Shown: positions 38,723 through 51,914, counted from the first letter of the whole stretch. The stretch is 63,898 bases of DNA, filler included, from Octopus bimaculoides (GCF_001194135.2; 7 parts of 7 records of this genome joined end to end with filler, not necessarily neighbours in it), one strand, 5' to 3'. The notes: generated from the letters alone by a model not told the origin. A program made the numbers and translations.

Positions 38723-40974
38723 CCTAGGTCAGTTAACCTCCAAGTAAATGATTCTAGCCATTATCTTTCTTTTATGTCCATGGACTAAATTGTCCAATGT
38801 GATCTTTTTTCTTTTAAGATGGTAGGTTCTGATTTGAAGGTTGCTATTTCTGGTAAGTTGAGTACCAATGTAGAAGTTAAGCACAAGTTCTCTCATTGGC
38901 TCATTAAACAAATGTTTGCTACTTAAACATTTATTACTTACCTTGAACCTCATGTGATTAGAAATACACTTATTGTATGTATAAAACCCTCAACATGTTA
39001 CTACATATCTTTTCTATTATATATACAAACAAGCACATCTAAAACTAGAAACTTGAGAATACAGCAGTGGGAGAAGTGAGAATGAAATTGAAGCAGTTAA
39101 CAAAATAAGAAGAAAAAGAATTAGTAATAAATGGTGATTATATATTATTCTGCAACTTAAGGGAATGGCTTTGCATAGTTCCTGGTAAAAGGAATTAGAT
39201 TAGCAATGAATATGCTTTAATTTAGTAATGTGAATTCTACAATATAATTTAGCATGTTGCACAAGTCAATGGAGGAGTTTTTATGTGTTTGACATGCTAC
39301 AAATTACATTCACATTACCATCCAATCACATTGTACTGTCTTAAATGAAGAAGACCATACTGGGCAATATACTACCTGATATACAGAAAGGTGGGATGGT
39401 CATAACTAGAATATTGTTGGTAATAGGTCTGCCCAGTCAACAATAACTGAATTTTACATGTCACTGTTTCTTCGATGCATCCTTTGTCTAAAAACTGGTT
39501 AGAACCCATCTCTCTCCAGTTCTGATCACAGCCAAATCTTTCAAAGAGAAAGAGAATGAAAAGAGAATTGACTTCAGAACAAGCATTTAGCCTTAAGTCC
39601 TTCTTCACTGCTCAGAGCATTGGGAAGAAAACTTCCTCCACCAGGTTCAGTTAGCTGCTACTCTTGCTCATCCATTCCATGTAGTGTTGACTGCCTTTGA
39701 GTTGTCTTGAAATGTCTGCCACCAAGTACTCTTCAGCCTATCCCTTTTATTCCCTCAAGTGGTACTTAAGTCATGGCTATTTTCAAGTGCATTTGATTAG
39801 CTGGATTGAAAATAAGAACAGTACCTTATATTTCAAACTCTCAAGGACAAACTGTTCAGCTAACCTTCACAGGATTTGAAATGCAGAGAGCTGGAATGAA
39901 TACTATAAGCCTTTAGGGTTGCTCCATGCACTATCAAATGAATAAGTATTACCCACATCCAGGATTAACTTTAGTTTGGAAAAGAAAATACAGACCAGAT
40001 AATTTCGCATGATTTTGTGAAACCATGTCAGCTCTATAGACTTGTTTGAAAGAAAATAAGAAAGACTAAATCACTTATTTAAAAACTACTTGTGATTGAG
40101 AAGACTTTATAAAATTAACCCATTATACTTTATTATTACTTCTTGTAATAATATTTGTGTTTATTAGCAGCTGTATTGGAGTAGGGAAACATAAGTTATG
40201 TTTCCAGGACATATTTTTATGTACGAATTCCAAGAAATGAAGATTTGTGTTATTGCCACCTTCAGGCATATTAGTCATCAAATATTGGCTACTAGTTCTT
40301 ATCGATTTATTTTTCCTGTTAATTTATCTACTTTAGTCATAGAATTGATATAACTGCTTGATGTATGTTTAAAAATATATAAAACTAGGTAGTGGAAGAA
40401 AATGGGTATTCTATGAACTTGTCACAATAAATGGATGATGGAAATTTTGTTTGCAAATGTGAGAAGAGCATGATGATTACAGTAATTGCTAATGAAAAGA
40501 GCAACATAAATATCACTTTTGTCAATGTTTTATTTATCAAATCAATGTTGCTGTTGTGGTTTTGTAGATGGTGATAATCATCTGATTAATATCTATTTAA
40601 CATCTATGATGTCATGAGCTGGACAAGGCATGGCTGTGTTATTCAGAGGTTTGCTTCACAGTCACATAGTTCCAGGTTTAATCCGACATGGTGGTAGCAC
40701 AGTCTTGACTTAACTGATGCCTTGTAGGCAAAATCTGTTAAACAAGTGGCAGAAGTGAATAGTATGTGTGATCTCTTCTGTTTTTAATTATTTAAGTTAT
40801 TCTTTTCAGGAAGGAGCTGGTTTCTAACATAGATACAAAACTCCATCACTGGGATGTAGATAACAAAAACAACGTCACATTTTGTTCTTAAGAAAAGTCT
40901 TGCATATTTTACTGTTCCACTTACAGATTGTATTTCATCATCATCGTCATCATCATCATCATCATCATCATCAT

Positions 40975-41490
40975 TGTTTAACGTCTGCTTTCCATGCTAG
41001 CATGGGTTGGACGATTTGACTGAGGACTGGCGAACCAGATGGCTACACCAGGCTCCAATCTGATTTGGCAGAGTTTCTACTGCTGGATGCCCTTCCTAAC
41101 ACCAACCACTCTGAGAGTGTAGTGGGTGCTTTTATGTGCCATCGGCATGAAGGCCAGTCAGGCGGTATTGGCAACAGCCACACTCAAAACGGTGTATTTT
41201 ACATGCCACCTGCACAGGAGCCAGTCCAGCGGCACTGGCAATGATCTCACTCGAATGTCTTTACATGTGCCACCAGCACAAGTGCCAGGAAGGCGACGCT
41301 GGGCACAGGTGCCATCATGATTTCATTTTCGCTTGCCCCAACAGGTCTTCGCAAGCTGAGTTTAGTGTCCAATGAAGAAGACGACGTTGGCATGGGTGCC
41401 AGGCATCGAATTTAGTTTGATTTCGATTTCACTTGCCTCAACAGGTCTTTGCAAGTGGAGTTTAGTGTCCAATGAAGGAAGGTAAGCAAT
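40975..41490 (-). mobile_element. Long family 3 repeat copy
   Basis: (CAT)n tail, then the shared body; near-identical to 45782-46085. Confidence 0.85.
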
Positions 41491-41504
41491 TCATTTGTAG
41501 TATG

Positions 41505-41625
41505 GAATTTAGTTAATTTATTTCTTTTTTTGAAAACCCTTGCTTATCCAGAATGACATGTAGGCATTCACCCACAAAACCAAGTGCACCAATTATTACT
41601 GGTATAAAGCAGTTGTCCATAATTA
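41505..41625 (-). mobile_element. Restriction-like-endonuclease LINE C-terminal fragment
   Basis: Minus translation FIPVIIGALGFVGECLHVILDKQGFSKKE. Confidence 0.65.
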
Positions 41626-42172
41626 TCCTCTTTCTCTTTGATTATCAAAGAGATATTCACATTAGCAGAGCAGCTGACCTCTCTGATGATACATACTTTT
41701 TCTTGTATGTCTGTCTATCTGTGTGTGCTTGCATGCATGTATGTATTCTTCTTTGGAATTCATTTTTAAGATTTCTCCTTTGTAGAATTCATGCTGGTCA
41801 TTAACAAAGTGGCAAAGATCTTTTGTTTAAGTCAAGACAGCTCTTAAGGTTTGTGATTGTCTGAATCGGTTGATGTGTGCATATATGTGTGCACATGTAC
41901 ATATATGTGTTGCACTTGTAGGGGTTGTGTCACAATGGAACATGAGTGTGTAAGTTCCATTGCTGTTTATGTGTGTGAGTCTATATATATATTCCTTATG
42001 TGTATGTGACTGTATGCATATATTCACCCAAGATCCTCAAATATAGAATCCCTTGAATGTTTTACAAATTTCCGCTGTTATTATGTAAGTATATGTATGC
42101 ATGGATGGATGGATGGATGGATGGGCAAACAAATGTGTGCATGTTTTTATCTACATTACTAACTGTATGTCA

Positions 42173-42263
<91 letters not shown>

Positions 42264-42282
42264 CAAAAAGAGAAATACATAC

Positions 42283-42460
42283 ATACATGTTCAGGTTTAT
42301 ACCTGTAATTATTGGGGCACTAGGATATGTAACACACTGCCTAAATAACAATCTTGAGAAATTAGGCTTCTCAAAACCAGTAAGGAGAACGCTGATTTGA
42401 AGACTACAGATCCAATCCATTACTGGAACTGTAAAAATCTGTTAAACTTTCCAGAAGCTT
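42283..42460 (+). mobile_element. Restriction-like-endonuclease LINE C-terminal fragment
   Basis: YMFRFIPVIIGALGYVTHCLNNNLEKLGFSKPVRRTLI*RLQIQSITGTVKIC, directly after (GA)n. Confidence 0.75.
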
Positions 42461-42469
42461 TAAGAGTAT

Positions 42470-42630
42470 CATGAAAAGCATGGTTGGAGGCCCAATCTTC
42501 TGAGTTGTTTTTACAGGACTGTTGCAATAAGTATGTGAATCTGAGAGGGGGATAAGCTGAATAAAATCATAACTGATCCTCCTATATTTTCTTTTACCCA
42601 AAGCCAGGAACTTTTCAACATCCACCATCT
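42470..42630. mobile_element. Truncated mariner-type MITE (same family as 58462-58680)
   Basis: Shared gtgtgaatctgaga...aataaaatcataa...cttttacccaaagccaggaacttttca end. Confidence 0.7.
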
Positions 42631-45422
42631 TGTACATGCATACATACATACAGACAGACAAAGATGAAAATTTTTTTCTCTTTCTTCGCAACCACTGCAA
42701 AACTGAAAACAGTCATGATAATTTAAAATTATTTTTAAACAAAGAAGCATTATTATTCATAACCTGTTATCAAATCTCACCTAACTGCAAAGCACAATTA
42801 CATACAAATCAAAGAAGCAGGTTGGTCTTTAATTCTGTTGTGTCGACGCCCCCAGGCAAAGAAGTAGGATCTCCCAAGACATATAAATAGAGGTAGTCTG
42901 GCCGTGGTAGGAGTGTTGAGTAGCAGNNNNNNNNNNGTAGTCTGGCCGTGGTAGGAGTGTTGAGTAGCAGTCAGGTAGCAGTTGTGTAGCAGTTGAGTAG
43001 AGATCATCCAAAGGTGCTAGATAGCAGTAACTTGAGACATAACAAATTCGTTACTTGGTGTTTTACAAGTAGCAGACAAATCTTCCTACCTTGCATGTGT
43101 TTTCTTCTTGAAAAGTTTGTACTGGATACACAATACATGAGATAAAGTTTTAATGATCAAATCTTGAACACCTTTGATCATATGTCTACTTGCTCAATGT
43201 TGACCAAGGGTTAAACAACAACAACAACAAAGTATATATACTATCACATACTCGTCATTATCCTCATCATCACCATTTAACGTCTGCTTTCCATGCTGGC
43301 ATGGGTTATGACTATAACCAAATATTTAACAACAGATCATCTTGCTAAAAAGCTTGTATCATCTCTAGGAGTGTTTCTCAACCAGATCCATAAGACTCCT
43401 GGGGGTTCATATAAGTTGGCCACAATAAGAACACTCAGTTATAAAATCCTGATTTACAATCAATTGCCATCCAAGCAGACAAACTAACTTAGAGATAATT
43501 TTCCGTTTCCCATGTTATATATACATTTGCTTGAGTCTCATCCTTTTGTGGCTATATTTCTAATGGTCTGATTGCCTGTGTGTTTTGGAGAGATTTATTA
43601 AAATACCTGTAACTGTATATATTAAGTGAAACCTTACAGTTTCATTTATGTTATTGTGAGAGTTTGATTAAGATCTTAATTAAAATATGAACACTTTGTT
43701 ACGGAGTGCTTGGAGTGGGTTGGTATTAAAAGAGTTAAATTAATTATTATGAATGAACTGCCAAATTTAATTCTTTTGATAGCAGCTCACCTGAGAGACT
43801 TCAAAGATTTTATTTTCTATAAAATTGCTCATTTCTAAGGTTCATATCTAAATTAATACATTCTATCGTCACTTTGTGTTAGAACCTTTCATTAAGATAT
43901 GTTTTAAACAACAGTTTAATAAGCAAATAAGTATGAAATTTTATTATTTGGTATTCAGTTCCCTTCAGATCTAAGAATATTTTTGAAATTAATGAAAACA
44001 TCAATATGCAGATAGACAATGTGTATTTTCATGAGAAATGTTTCCACGAAAAGGTTTAAAATCTTGTTTTTCTTCACAATCTGATCAACTCCAAGATTTC
44101 AATAACATCTGTGCTGTAGTTATTTAGTTACATGTCAATATTGATTGAGCAAATCTGTGATTAACAGGATATATATTCCAGATGTATATTAGGTGTGTGA
44201 AGGTTCATGACCTGGTGTGTTAGTATTTTCAACTCATTATTATAAGGTCAACTTCTTATTATAAGGTCAGTTCCTTGACTAGGTAGCCTGTTAAGTCTTG
44301 AACAAAGTACTTTATTTTACATAGCTCTGGTCTATTCAATTGTAATGAACATCAACCAGGTTGTTGGTATGATTACAGGTAAGTTTACCACCATCAATTC
44401 ACTGTGAAGAAAGTTCACTGTGAGGAAAGTTCACTGCAAGGAAATTTTACTGAAAAAAGTATATCCATAGTATCTATCATTAATAGAAATTATTTTACTG
44501 AAAAAATATTCAAAGTAATCGAGATTAAAATGTGTAATCAGGTATTTTATCTTCTGGTTTAAGACAATCGTATGTATTAAATATGAAGAAAAATAAGCTT
44601 AATTTTAAATTTGCACTTTTTTACAACATAACACATTTACATTATTCAAAATCATGTTTGAATCGATGACAATGAATTGATGATGATGAAATTGCCAGAC
44701 ATAGCTTGCTATAAACCTCACCCCATCCAACTGTCACATCCTTAATGTTCCACTGAGTCAAAGGTTAGAGTTCTGGAAAGAGAGGTCATTTTTTGTTAAA
44801 GTTGGTAGGATGTATTTGAAGGGGAGTTGGCTGCCATTTCTTGCAGGTCAAAGACATGAATAGATGCACTCTTGTAGGCTCTTCAAGAAAGCTGATTGTT
44901 GTTGTTTAAGTGCCATTCTCTCACTGATTAAACACATATAATCAAAGGCATCTCAGACACGATCATCTAATCCCCATCTATTTTAAAGGGTTTGAGGAGA
45001 CAACAGGCAACACCTATCCTAGATCACATCATTGAAAGTATTCTTTTTTTTCTTAAGCTGGCCAAGTAAACTTGTAATAGCTCCCTTGATAGTTCATCAG
45101 TGATATGTAGTTTCCATTAAGGCAGGTTAAACTCTATTAAAATGAAAGTAACCTGATATTTATGACACAAGTTCCATTTCTATTGCTGTGTTGTACAATA
45201 TGAAACCATAACTTCAGCTTTTCAGCTGTTGTACCATGATAAATTGTCAATAGCAAATAAAAGATATATAAACAGAAATAATAAACATAAAAATAAACAA
45301 ATGAGAACTGGAAAGGAAAAAAAAACTGTTGGCCACTAAATCTATATGGAATACATTTTGATAATGTAACAGCTTGGCAAAGTAATTTTTTAGTTTTATT
45401 TTATCCTATTTATTCATTCACA

Positions 45423-45476
<54 letters not shown>

Positions 45477-45781
45477 TTCATTTTGGTTTTGAGTTTATCA
45501 ATGAGTTACCTGAGTTCATTCAAGGTGTACTAGTATTTAGTAANNNNNNNNNNNNNNNNNNNNNNNNNNNNNNNNNNNNNNNNNNNNNNNNNNNNNNNNN
45601 NNNNNNNNNNNNNNNNNNNNNNNNNNNNNNNNNNNNNNNNNNNNNNNNNNNNNNNNNNNNNNNNNNNNNNNNNNNNNNNNNNNNNNNNNNNNNNNNNNNN
45701 NNNNNNNNNNNNNNNNNNNNNNNNNNNNNNNNNNNNNNNNNNNNNNNNNNNNNNNNNNNNNNNNNNNNNNNNNNNNNNNNN

Positions 45782-46085
45782 NGGGACTGGTGAACCAGAT
45801 GGCTACACCAGGCTCCAATCTGATTTGGCAGAGTTTCTACAGCTGGATGCCCTTCCTAATGCCAACCACTCTGAGAGTGTAGTGGGTGCTTTTACGTGCC
45901 ACCAGCACGAAGGCTAGTCAGGCGGTACTGGCAACGGCCATGCTCAAAATGGTGTATTTTACGTGCCACCTGCACAGGAGCCAGTCCAGCGGCACTGGCA
46001 ACGATTTCGCTCGAATGTCTTTACACGTGCCACCAGCACAAGTGCCAGGAAGGCGACGCTGGGCACAGGTGCCATCATGATTTCA
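45782..46085 (-). mobile_element. Family 3 repeat copy
   Basis: Near-identical to 41025-41325. Confidence 0.85.
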
Positions 46086-46384
46086 CTTTATATATATATA
46101 TATATATATCAACAACAACAATAATAATAATAATTGTTACAAAGTAGCATAGTGTTACCTTTAATTCCTTTCATATATAAGTTTCAACTGCATCGATTAG
46201 TAACTATTGCAATTGCAACCCTACTATAATAATAATGCCGTTTCTTCAGGGTTTTGATATCCTTCGACTTAATTGTATATATATAAAAAGAACTAAAAGT
46301 AATACTATGCTACTTCGTAATAATCCTTTTTGTTATTATTGTTGCTATTATATATTTCAGGAAACCTATATGTTTAAGGTAATA

Positions 46385-46785
46385 TTGGGTCATCCCATAA
46401 ATAATGCGTTTTTTTTTAATACTTTTACTTTTCAAAATTAAGATAAACAAAGTTCTTCTTTAATCCAAAATATACTCTCCTTCATTTTCTACAATGCCCT
46501 TCCATTTATTTGGCAGACTTGCAAAGTTCCTCTTCCAAAATTCATTTGTTCGTGAAGAAAAATACTCCTCCATTACTCTTCTGACCTCGTCTACAGAATT
46601 CATATTTTTTCTGTCCAAATGATTTTGAAGACTGCAGAATAAATGATAATCAGATGAGGCAATGTCCAGTGAATATTGTGGGTGGGGCATCGTTTCCCAT
46701 TCAAACTACTCCAACTTTTGGAATGTCATCTTCACTGTATGTGGTCGAGCATTATCCTGATGGAAGAACGTCCTTTTGTTTTGAA
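46385..46785 (-). mobile_element. Mariner 3' remnant with one TIR
   Basis: FFHQDNARPHT...MPHPQYSLDIASSDYHLFCSLQNHL...GEYILD*; TA followed by ttgggtcatcccataaataatgcgttttt at 46383-46415. Confidence 0.85.
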
Positions 46786-47102
46786 ACCAACCTGCTATGA
46801 CAACCTTCAGACCTCAAAACAACACCAAATGAATGGAAGTTTACCCACAAAATAAACAAAGATACCTCAGTCCTCTAAGAAACACAAATTTGCGATCATA
46901 TGCTGATATAACAAGAAACAAGATAACATACAACCCAAATCAAAGAATAATAGAACTCTCCAGAGACCAAATCATAGACCCAAATGAACCACATGGAGCA
47001 ACAATAAAATAATGCAGTTCTATATTTAAGAGATGAGGAATTGTGTACATTATTTACATTATTTACATTTGACGGATATTTGTCCTCATCTTGTTTGTTG
47101 TT

Positions 47103-47148
47103 AACACAACGTTTCAGCTGATGTACTCTCCAGCCTTCATCAGGTGTC
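47103..47148 (-). ncRNA. Minimal type-I hammerhead ribozyme motif (Penelope-associated type)
   Basis: Minus: GACAC-CTGATGA-A-GGCTG-gagagtacat-CAGCT-GAA-ACGT-T-GTGTT. Intact CUGAUGA and GAAA core; stem I GACAC/GUGUU; stem II GGCUG/CAGCU; palindromic ACGU helix III; GUU cleavage triplet. Confidence 0.75.
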
Positions 47149-47196
47149 TTGGGGAAATTTCGAACCTGGGTTCTCATTCCCAAGATATTTTTCGAA

Positions 47197-47209
47197 GTTA
47201 TTATTATAA

Positions 47210-47276
<67 letters not shown>

Positions 47277-47292
47277 CATCCTCATCATCATT

Positions 47293-47372
<80 letters not shown>

Positions 47373-47390
47373 TATTATTATTATTATTAA
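47197..47390. repeat. Compound (TAT)n-(CAT)n-(TAT)n microsatellite
   Basis: Visible directly. Confidence 0.95.
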
Positions 47391-49500
47391 GACAGGAGAT
47401 CTGCCACTAAAAAAGAAAAAAACTGAGACATTAGAAAGCAAACACATAATCAAACTGAAAATACTAAATTTATCCACTAAGAAATTATCCAAAGAAGAAA
47501 TTAAACTTCTGGAAAATGGATTGAAATTTACACCCACTCCAAAACCCAACCAAGCTGAACTCATAAAAGACAGAAGAATTTTGCTGAAAATTATGATTGA
47601 GAGAATTTTTTCTAAATACTGAACACACGGACGAATCACTGGTCAAAAACAGAACAGGATTCAGAACTCCCTTGAATAGAGTCAAAAATTTTGAAGAATA
47701 TGTTAGCTACCTACAATGATCAGCTCAATCTAAAATGACAGAGGGGAAATGTAAAGTTATCATATCTAAAGATCAATTGGAAACATTAAAAAATTTACAA
47801 AAAGACTCTTCAATAATTTTCAAAGAAGCTGACAAAGGTGCAGCAATATTTATCATGGACAAGAACCATTACAAAGATATGGTGATGGAACAACTCAATG
47901 ACCATCACTACAAGAAGCTAAACCATAACGAGGATAAAAATACCACGTGCAAGATGCACAGACTGGTCTCAAAATATCGTAATAACCTAACTGAGAATGA
48001 AGTTAATTATTTAACCAACTTCGAAGTAAAAACCAGTAACTTCTGTGGTTTACCCAAGATCCACAAATCAAAAAAATCCATCCAAGACAACATAAAAGGA
48101 AATAATTCAACCAGTCAAAATTCCGAAACCCAGGGACCTGAAACTACGCCCAGTCATTGCAGGACCAATATCCAGTACACAATGCAAAAGCAACTTAATA
48201 GATATAGTTCTAAAACCTTTATGCAAAATGAGACCTATCTTTGTCCAGGACAATATGAACTTTTTAAACTACATCCCTAAAAGTGTCCACCAGGAGACAA
48301 TTCTTGTTAGTTTCGATGTAACTAGTCTATATACTAATATTCCACTTGACCTAAGAACTGGAGCTATAAATTTGTGGTTAACAAAACACCTGAATCATAT
48401 CATTGAAAGATTCTCAAAAATCTTCATTTTAGAAGGATTAAAATTAACACTGGAAAATAATCACTTCTTCATCGAAAACAACATCTACTTACAAATAAAA
48501 GGAACGATGATGGGAACAAAAGAAGCCCCCACCTACGCAACACTCGTAATGGGCCTCTTAGAGGTCAAATTCTATTCCCAACTAAGGGAAACATTTAAGG
48601 AACAATTCTCCATTTAGATAAAAAAAAACAAGTGAAAATGGCATTTGGATGACTGCTTTATATTCTTGACAAAAAACCAAGAAGACTTAGGAATCTTTCA
48701 CTCACTTTTAAATAATTTACATACATCAATAAAATTAGGAATCTTTCACTCACTTTTAAATAATTTACATACGTCAATAAAATTCACCATGGAACAACAC
48801 ACAAAGGAATTACCATTTTTAGACAAACTTCTAATTAAGAAACTAACACCATAAAAACAGATCTCTTCTACAAACCTACAGACATGCACCAGTATTTGAA
48901 ATTTCATTCCTCTCATCCCTCACATACCAAAAGAAACATACTCTTTAATATGGCAAAACGAATTTGCTCTACAGTAATAGATGCAGAATTAAGCGATAAA
49001 AGATTACAGAAATTAAAAATATTTCCACTAATTTAATTGACACAGCAATTACCAAAGCAAAAAACATCCCAAGAGAAAAGCAAATGCACAAAAATAAAAA
49101 TGAACTCATAAGCATTCCTTTTGTCATCACTCACAACTCAAGAAATTGCAATATCACCAATATTGCAAAAAGATACCCCCCAATTCTTCAACAATTATCA
49201 AGAATGAACAAATTAATAACAGATACAAAAATAATTCAAGTCCCCAACCTAAAAAAGCTCTTAACCTGTGCAAGATTTACAACTATAGAAACAACAGAGA
49301 GAGTTCAGAAATGTGTTGATCCTCACTGTGGCACGTGTGATTACATTGAAGGAGAACAAATTACTTTCAAAAACAACAACACTTTTAAAATAAAGGCAAA
49401 TATGAATTGCAAATCTAGAAACCTAATCTACTGTGCCACATGCCCTGAATGCAAAGAATACTACATTGGTGAAATGGGCATTGGACTACTAGGCTGAATG
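47390..49500 (+). mobile_element. Penelope-like element (RT + GIY-YIG endonuclease), frameshifted pseudogene
   Basis: KILNLSTKKLSKEEIKLLENGLKFTPTP; KEADKGAAIFIMD; GLPKIHKS; LVSFDVTSLYTNIP; GTMMGTKEAPTYA; DDCFIF; ELPFLD; YKPTDMHQYL.FHSSHPSHTKRN; CVDPHCGTCDYI; NCKSRNLIYCATCPECKEYYIGE. Confidence 0.92.
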
Positions 49501-50605
49501 TATTTGGGTATGTTTAGCCAATTATTGTTTGTATAGTAAGACCACTGCTTGGGTACTGTGATTGTTAGTTCAGAAGTTAGACTTTGTATTATAATTTTCT
49601 AAATGTAGGGTACTGCCCTAGCCTTTACCCGCTCTTAACTGCAGTCTCCCCTTAACTGTAGTCCCACTTTTATCCCCTTCCCTTTTCACTTTCCTAATAA
49701 TTAATTTCCTTTCTTTGTCTACTAATTTCTCACTCCTATTGATAGAGCATTTGTCCAATCTTTCTCTCCCTCCAACCACCTTAACTCACAATGGTCCAAA
49801 TAGGGACCTCTCTAGGTTTTAATGACACTGTGGACATTGTTCATTCCTTCGCATGGTGCTTGTTTACATGTTTTTTTGCTTTTATTTATAATGTCCTAAG
49901 TGGTTTTGGGCCACTTACAAGATATGCTATTTCTCCATACCATTAGTTTTTATTTATTTATTTACATCTACCCGTATAACAGTCTTAATAGTTTGCCTTT
50001 TGTTTTTAAATTTAACTGACCAATTATAACAAAAGCTGGACTTTGGTCAATCCCATTACGGGCAATAGGTAGTTGGTCTTTACAACATATCCGTCAGTAA
50101 ATAGTACTAATTAATAGATGGATAAGTTATTAATTAGTACTATTTACATAATCTTAAGAACTATGATGATTACTCCTAAACGTTATGGCACTATCACTCC
50201 CTCTTTTTCTTGTCCTACTGGTGTATCCCGTTATGGCAAAGTTTTTATTTTACTTTTTTACTACTTATACACTCTGTTACCCCTATAGAAAAATTAACCC
50301 ACCAACTAATATTTTAAGTTTAGTCACTTACTCAGCATCCTGAAGCATAACATATGCAAAATGGTTTGGTTTAAATGTATGAAGCCTTTCTTCTTCTCAA
50401 GGCTCTTCTTTTCTTTTCTTTTTTTCTTTTATATATATATATATATATATNNNNNNNNNNNNNNNNNNNNNNNNNNNNNNNNNNNNNNNNNNNNNNNNNN
50501 NNNNNNNNNNNNNNNNNNNNNNNNNNNNNNNNNNNNNNNNNNNNNNNNNNNNNNNNNNNNNNNNNNNNNNNNNNNNNNNNNNNNNNNNNNNNNNNNNNNN
50601 NNNNN

Positions 50606-50642
<37 letters not shown>

Positions 50643-51744
50643 GTACATGTATCTATTCACACCCAGACATTTGTTGCACTTTACAAAAATGGCTGGTTCA
50701 GTAGGTTTGATTTCATATATATAACTTATCATTGATTTTCAAAAACAGAGAATTATTTCACACTTAAACACATGCATGCACACTCACACCCACAGACGCA
50801 CCTTTCTCACATTGCCAATGAAAATGTGTACCTGTCTCACAGAATATAATTTACTCAATAGTTCAATTATCAAGAGTAACTAGGCTAATATCACTAAAAT
50901 GTAGCACCATATTTCACTCAGCTTTTTGAAACTACTCTATTGATTGATCACAAGGATATTTGAATGAGTGTTTTATTCTCTCAGTTAAATCATTCAGCAG
51001 ATGTTGTTAATTCCGAAATATCACAACATAAATAAATAGATAAATAAAATCTACTACAATATTTTTTTTTTTATTAAGTATCGTTAAAAAGACAAAAATT
51101 TTCCCATTCATCTGGATTTAACATACTTTTCTCATACATCGTCATGCTATGCACCTGGATACATAATCAGTAGGATTACCAGAGGTTACTGGATGCTTAG
51201 GGCTTTTTAACTATCTGACATCTTCGTCCAGGAGAACATACCAGGGTTGAACCAGTCATAGCTTGTGTCCAATTAGAACCTCCCTATCAATTGCTCATAT
51301 CTCCTCATCAGCGGCTAATTTGATGTAATTATTGCTGCCAAGGTGGTTAGCTTGATAGCCTCACACTCAATAGCTCTTGTGATACCTAGCATGTTGTAGG
51401 TTTTGTAGAAGGACTCTCTGTGGCCTCTCTGTATCTAATGTCAAAGAAATCATACTTTGCTTGCTACACATTGTTTCAGCATACTTCCAACTAGCCTAGT
51501 ATATTGACCATCTGAATATGGTATTTTTGGGAATGAGAATTCTAATAAAGCCATCTGGCTGGGTGCTTTTATGAGCAGTACTATATAAGGCCTAAGTGAT
51601 ATTGATACTAATTTTTCTAGGAAATTCAAATGGTTCCCAATATTGACTTCTATTTCCCAGCTTTGTACTGTTGCGGTCATGCCTGAGAAGATGATCCAAG
51701 CATCTGATGCCAGCTTCACACCAGCCTTGAATAATATCTATATA

Positions 51745-51813
<69 letters not shown>

Positions 51814-51835
51814 GAGAGAGAGAGGGAGAGAGAGA

Positions 51836-51891
<56 letters not shown>

Positions 51892-51914
51892 GGGAGAAAG
51901 AGAGAGAGTGAGTA

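Noticed and set aside
42894-42970. 34-bp direct repeat either side of a 10-N gap
   Set aside because: Typical unmerged contig overlap; likely an assembly artefact.
44370-44386. Perfect CAG/GTAAGT donor
   Set aside because: The upstream sequence is a decayed SINE, and no acceptor or open frame defines an exon.
51170-51720. Possible CR1/L2-like RT remnant on the minus strand
   Set aside because: Only a faint PQRVLLQ.L/LGIT resemblance; too degraded to call without a profile search.
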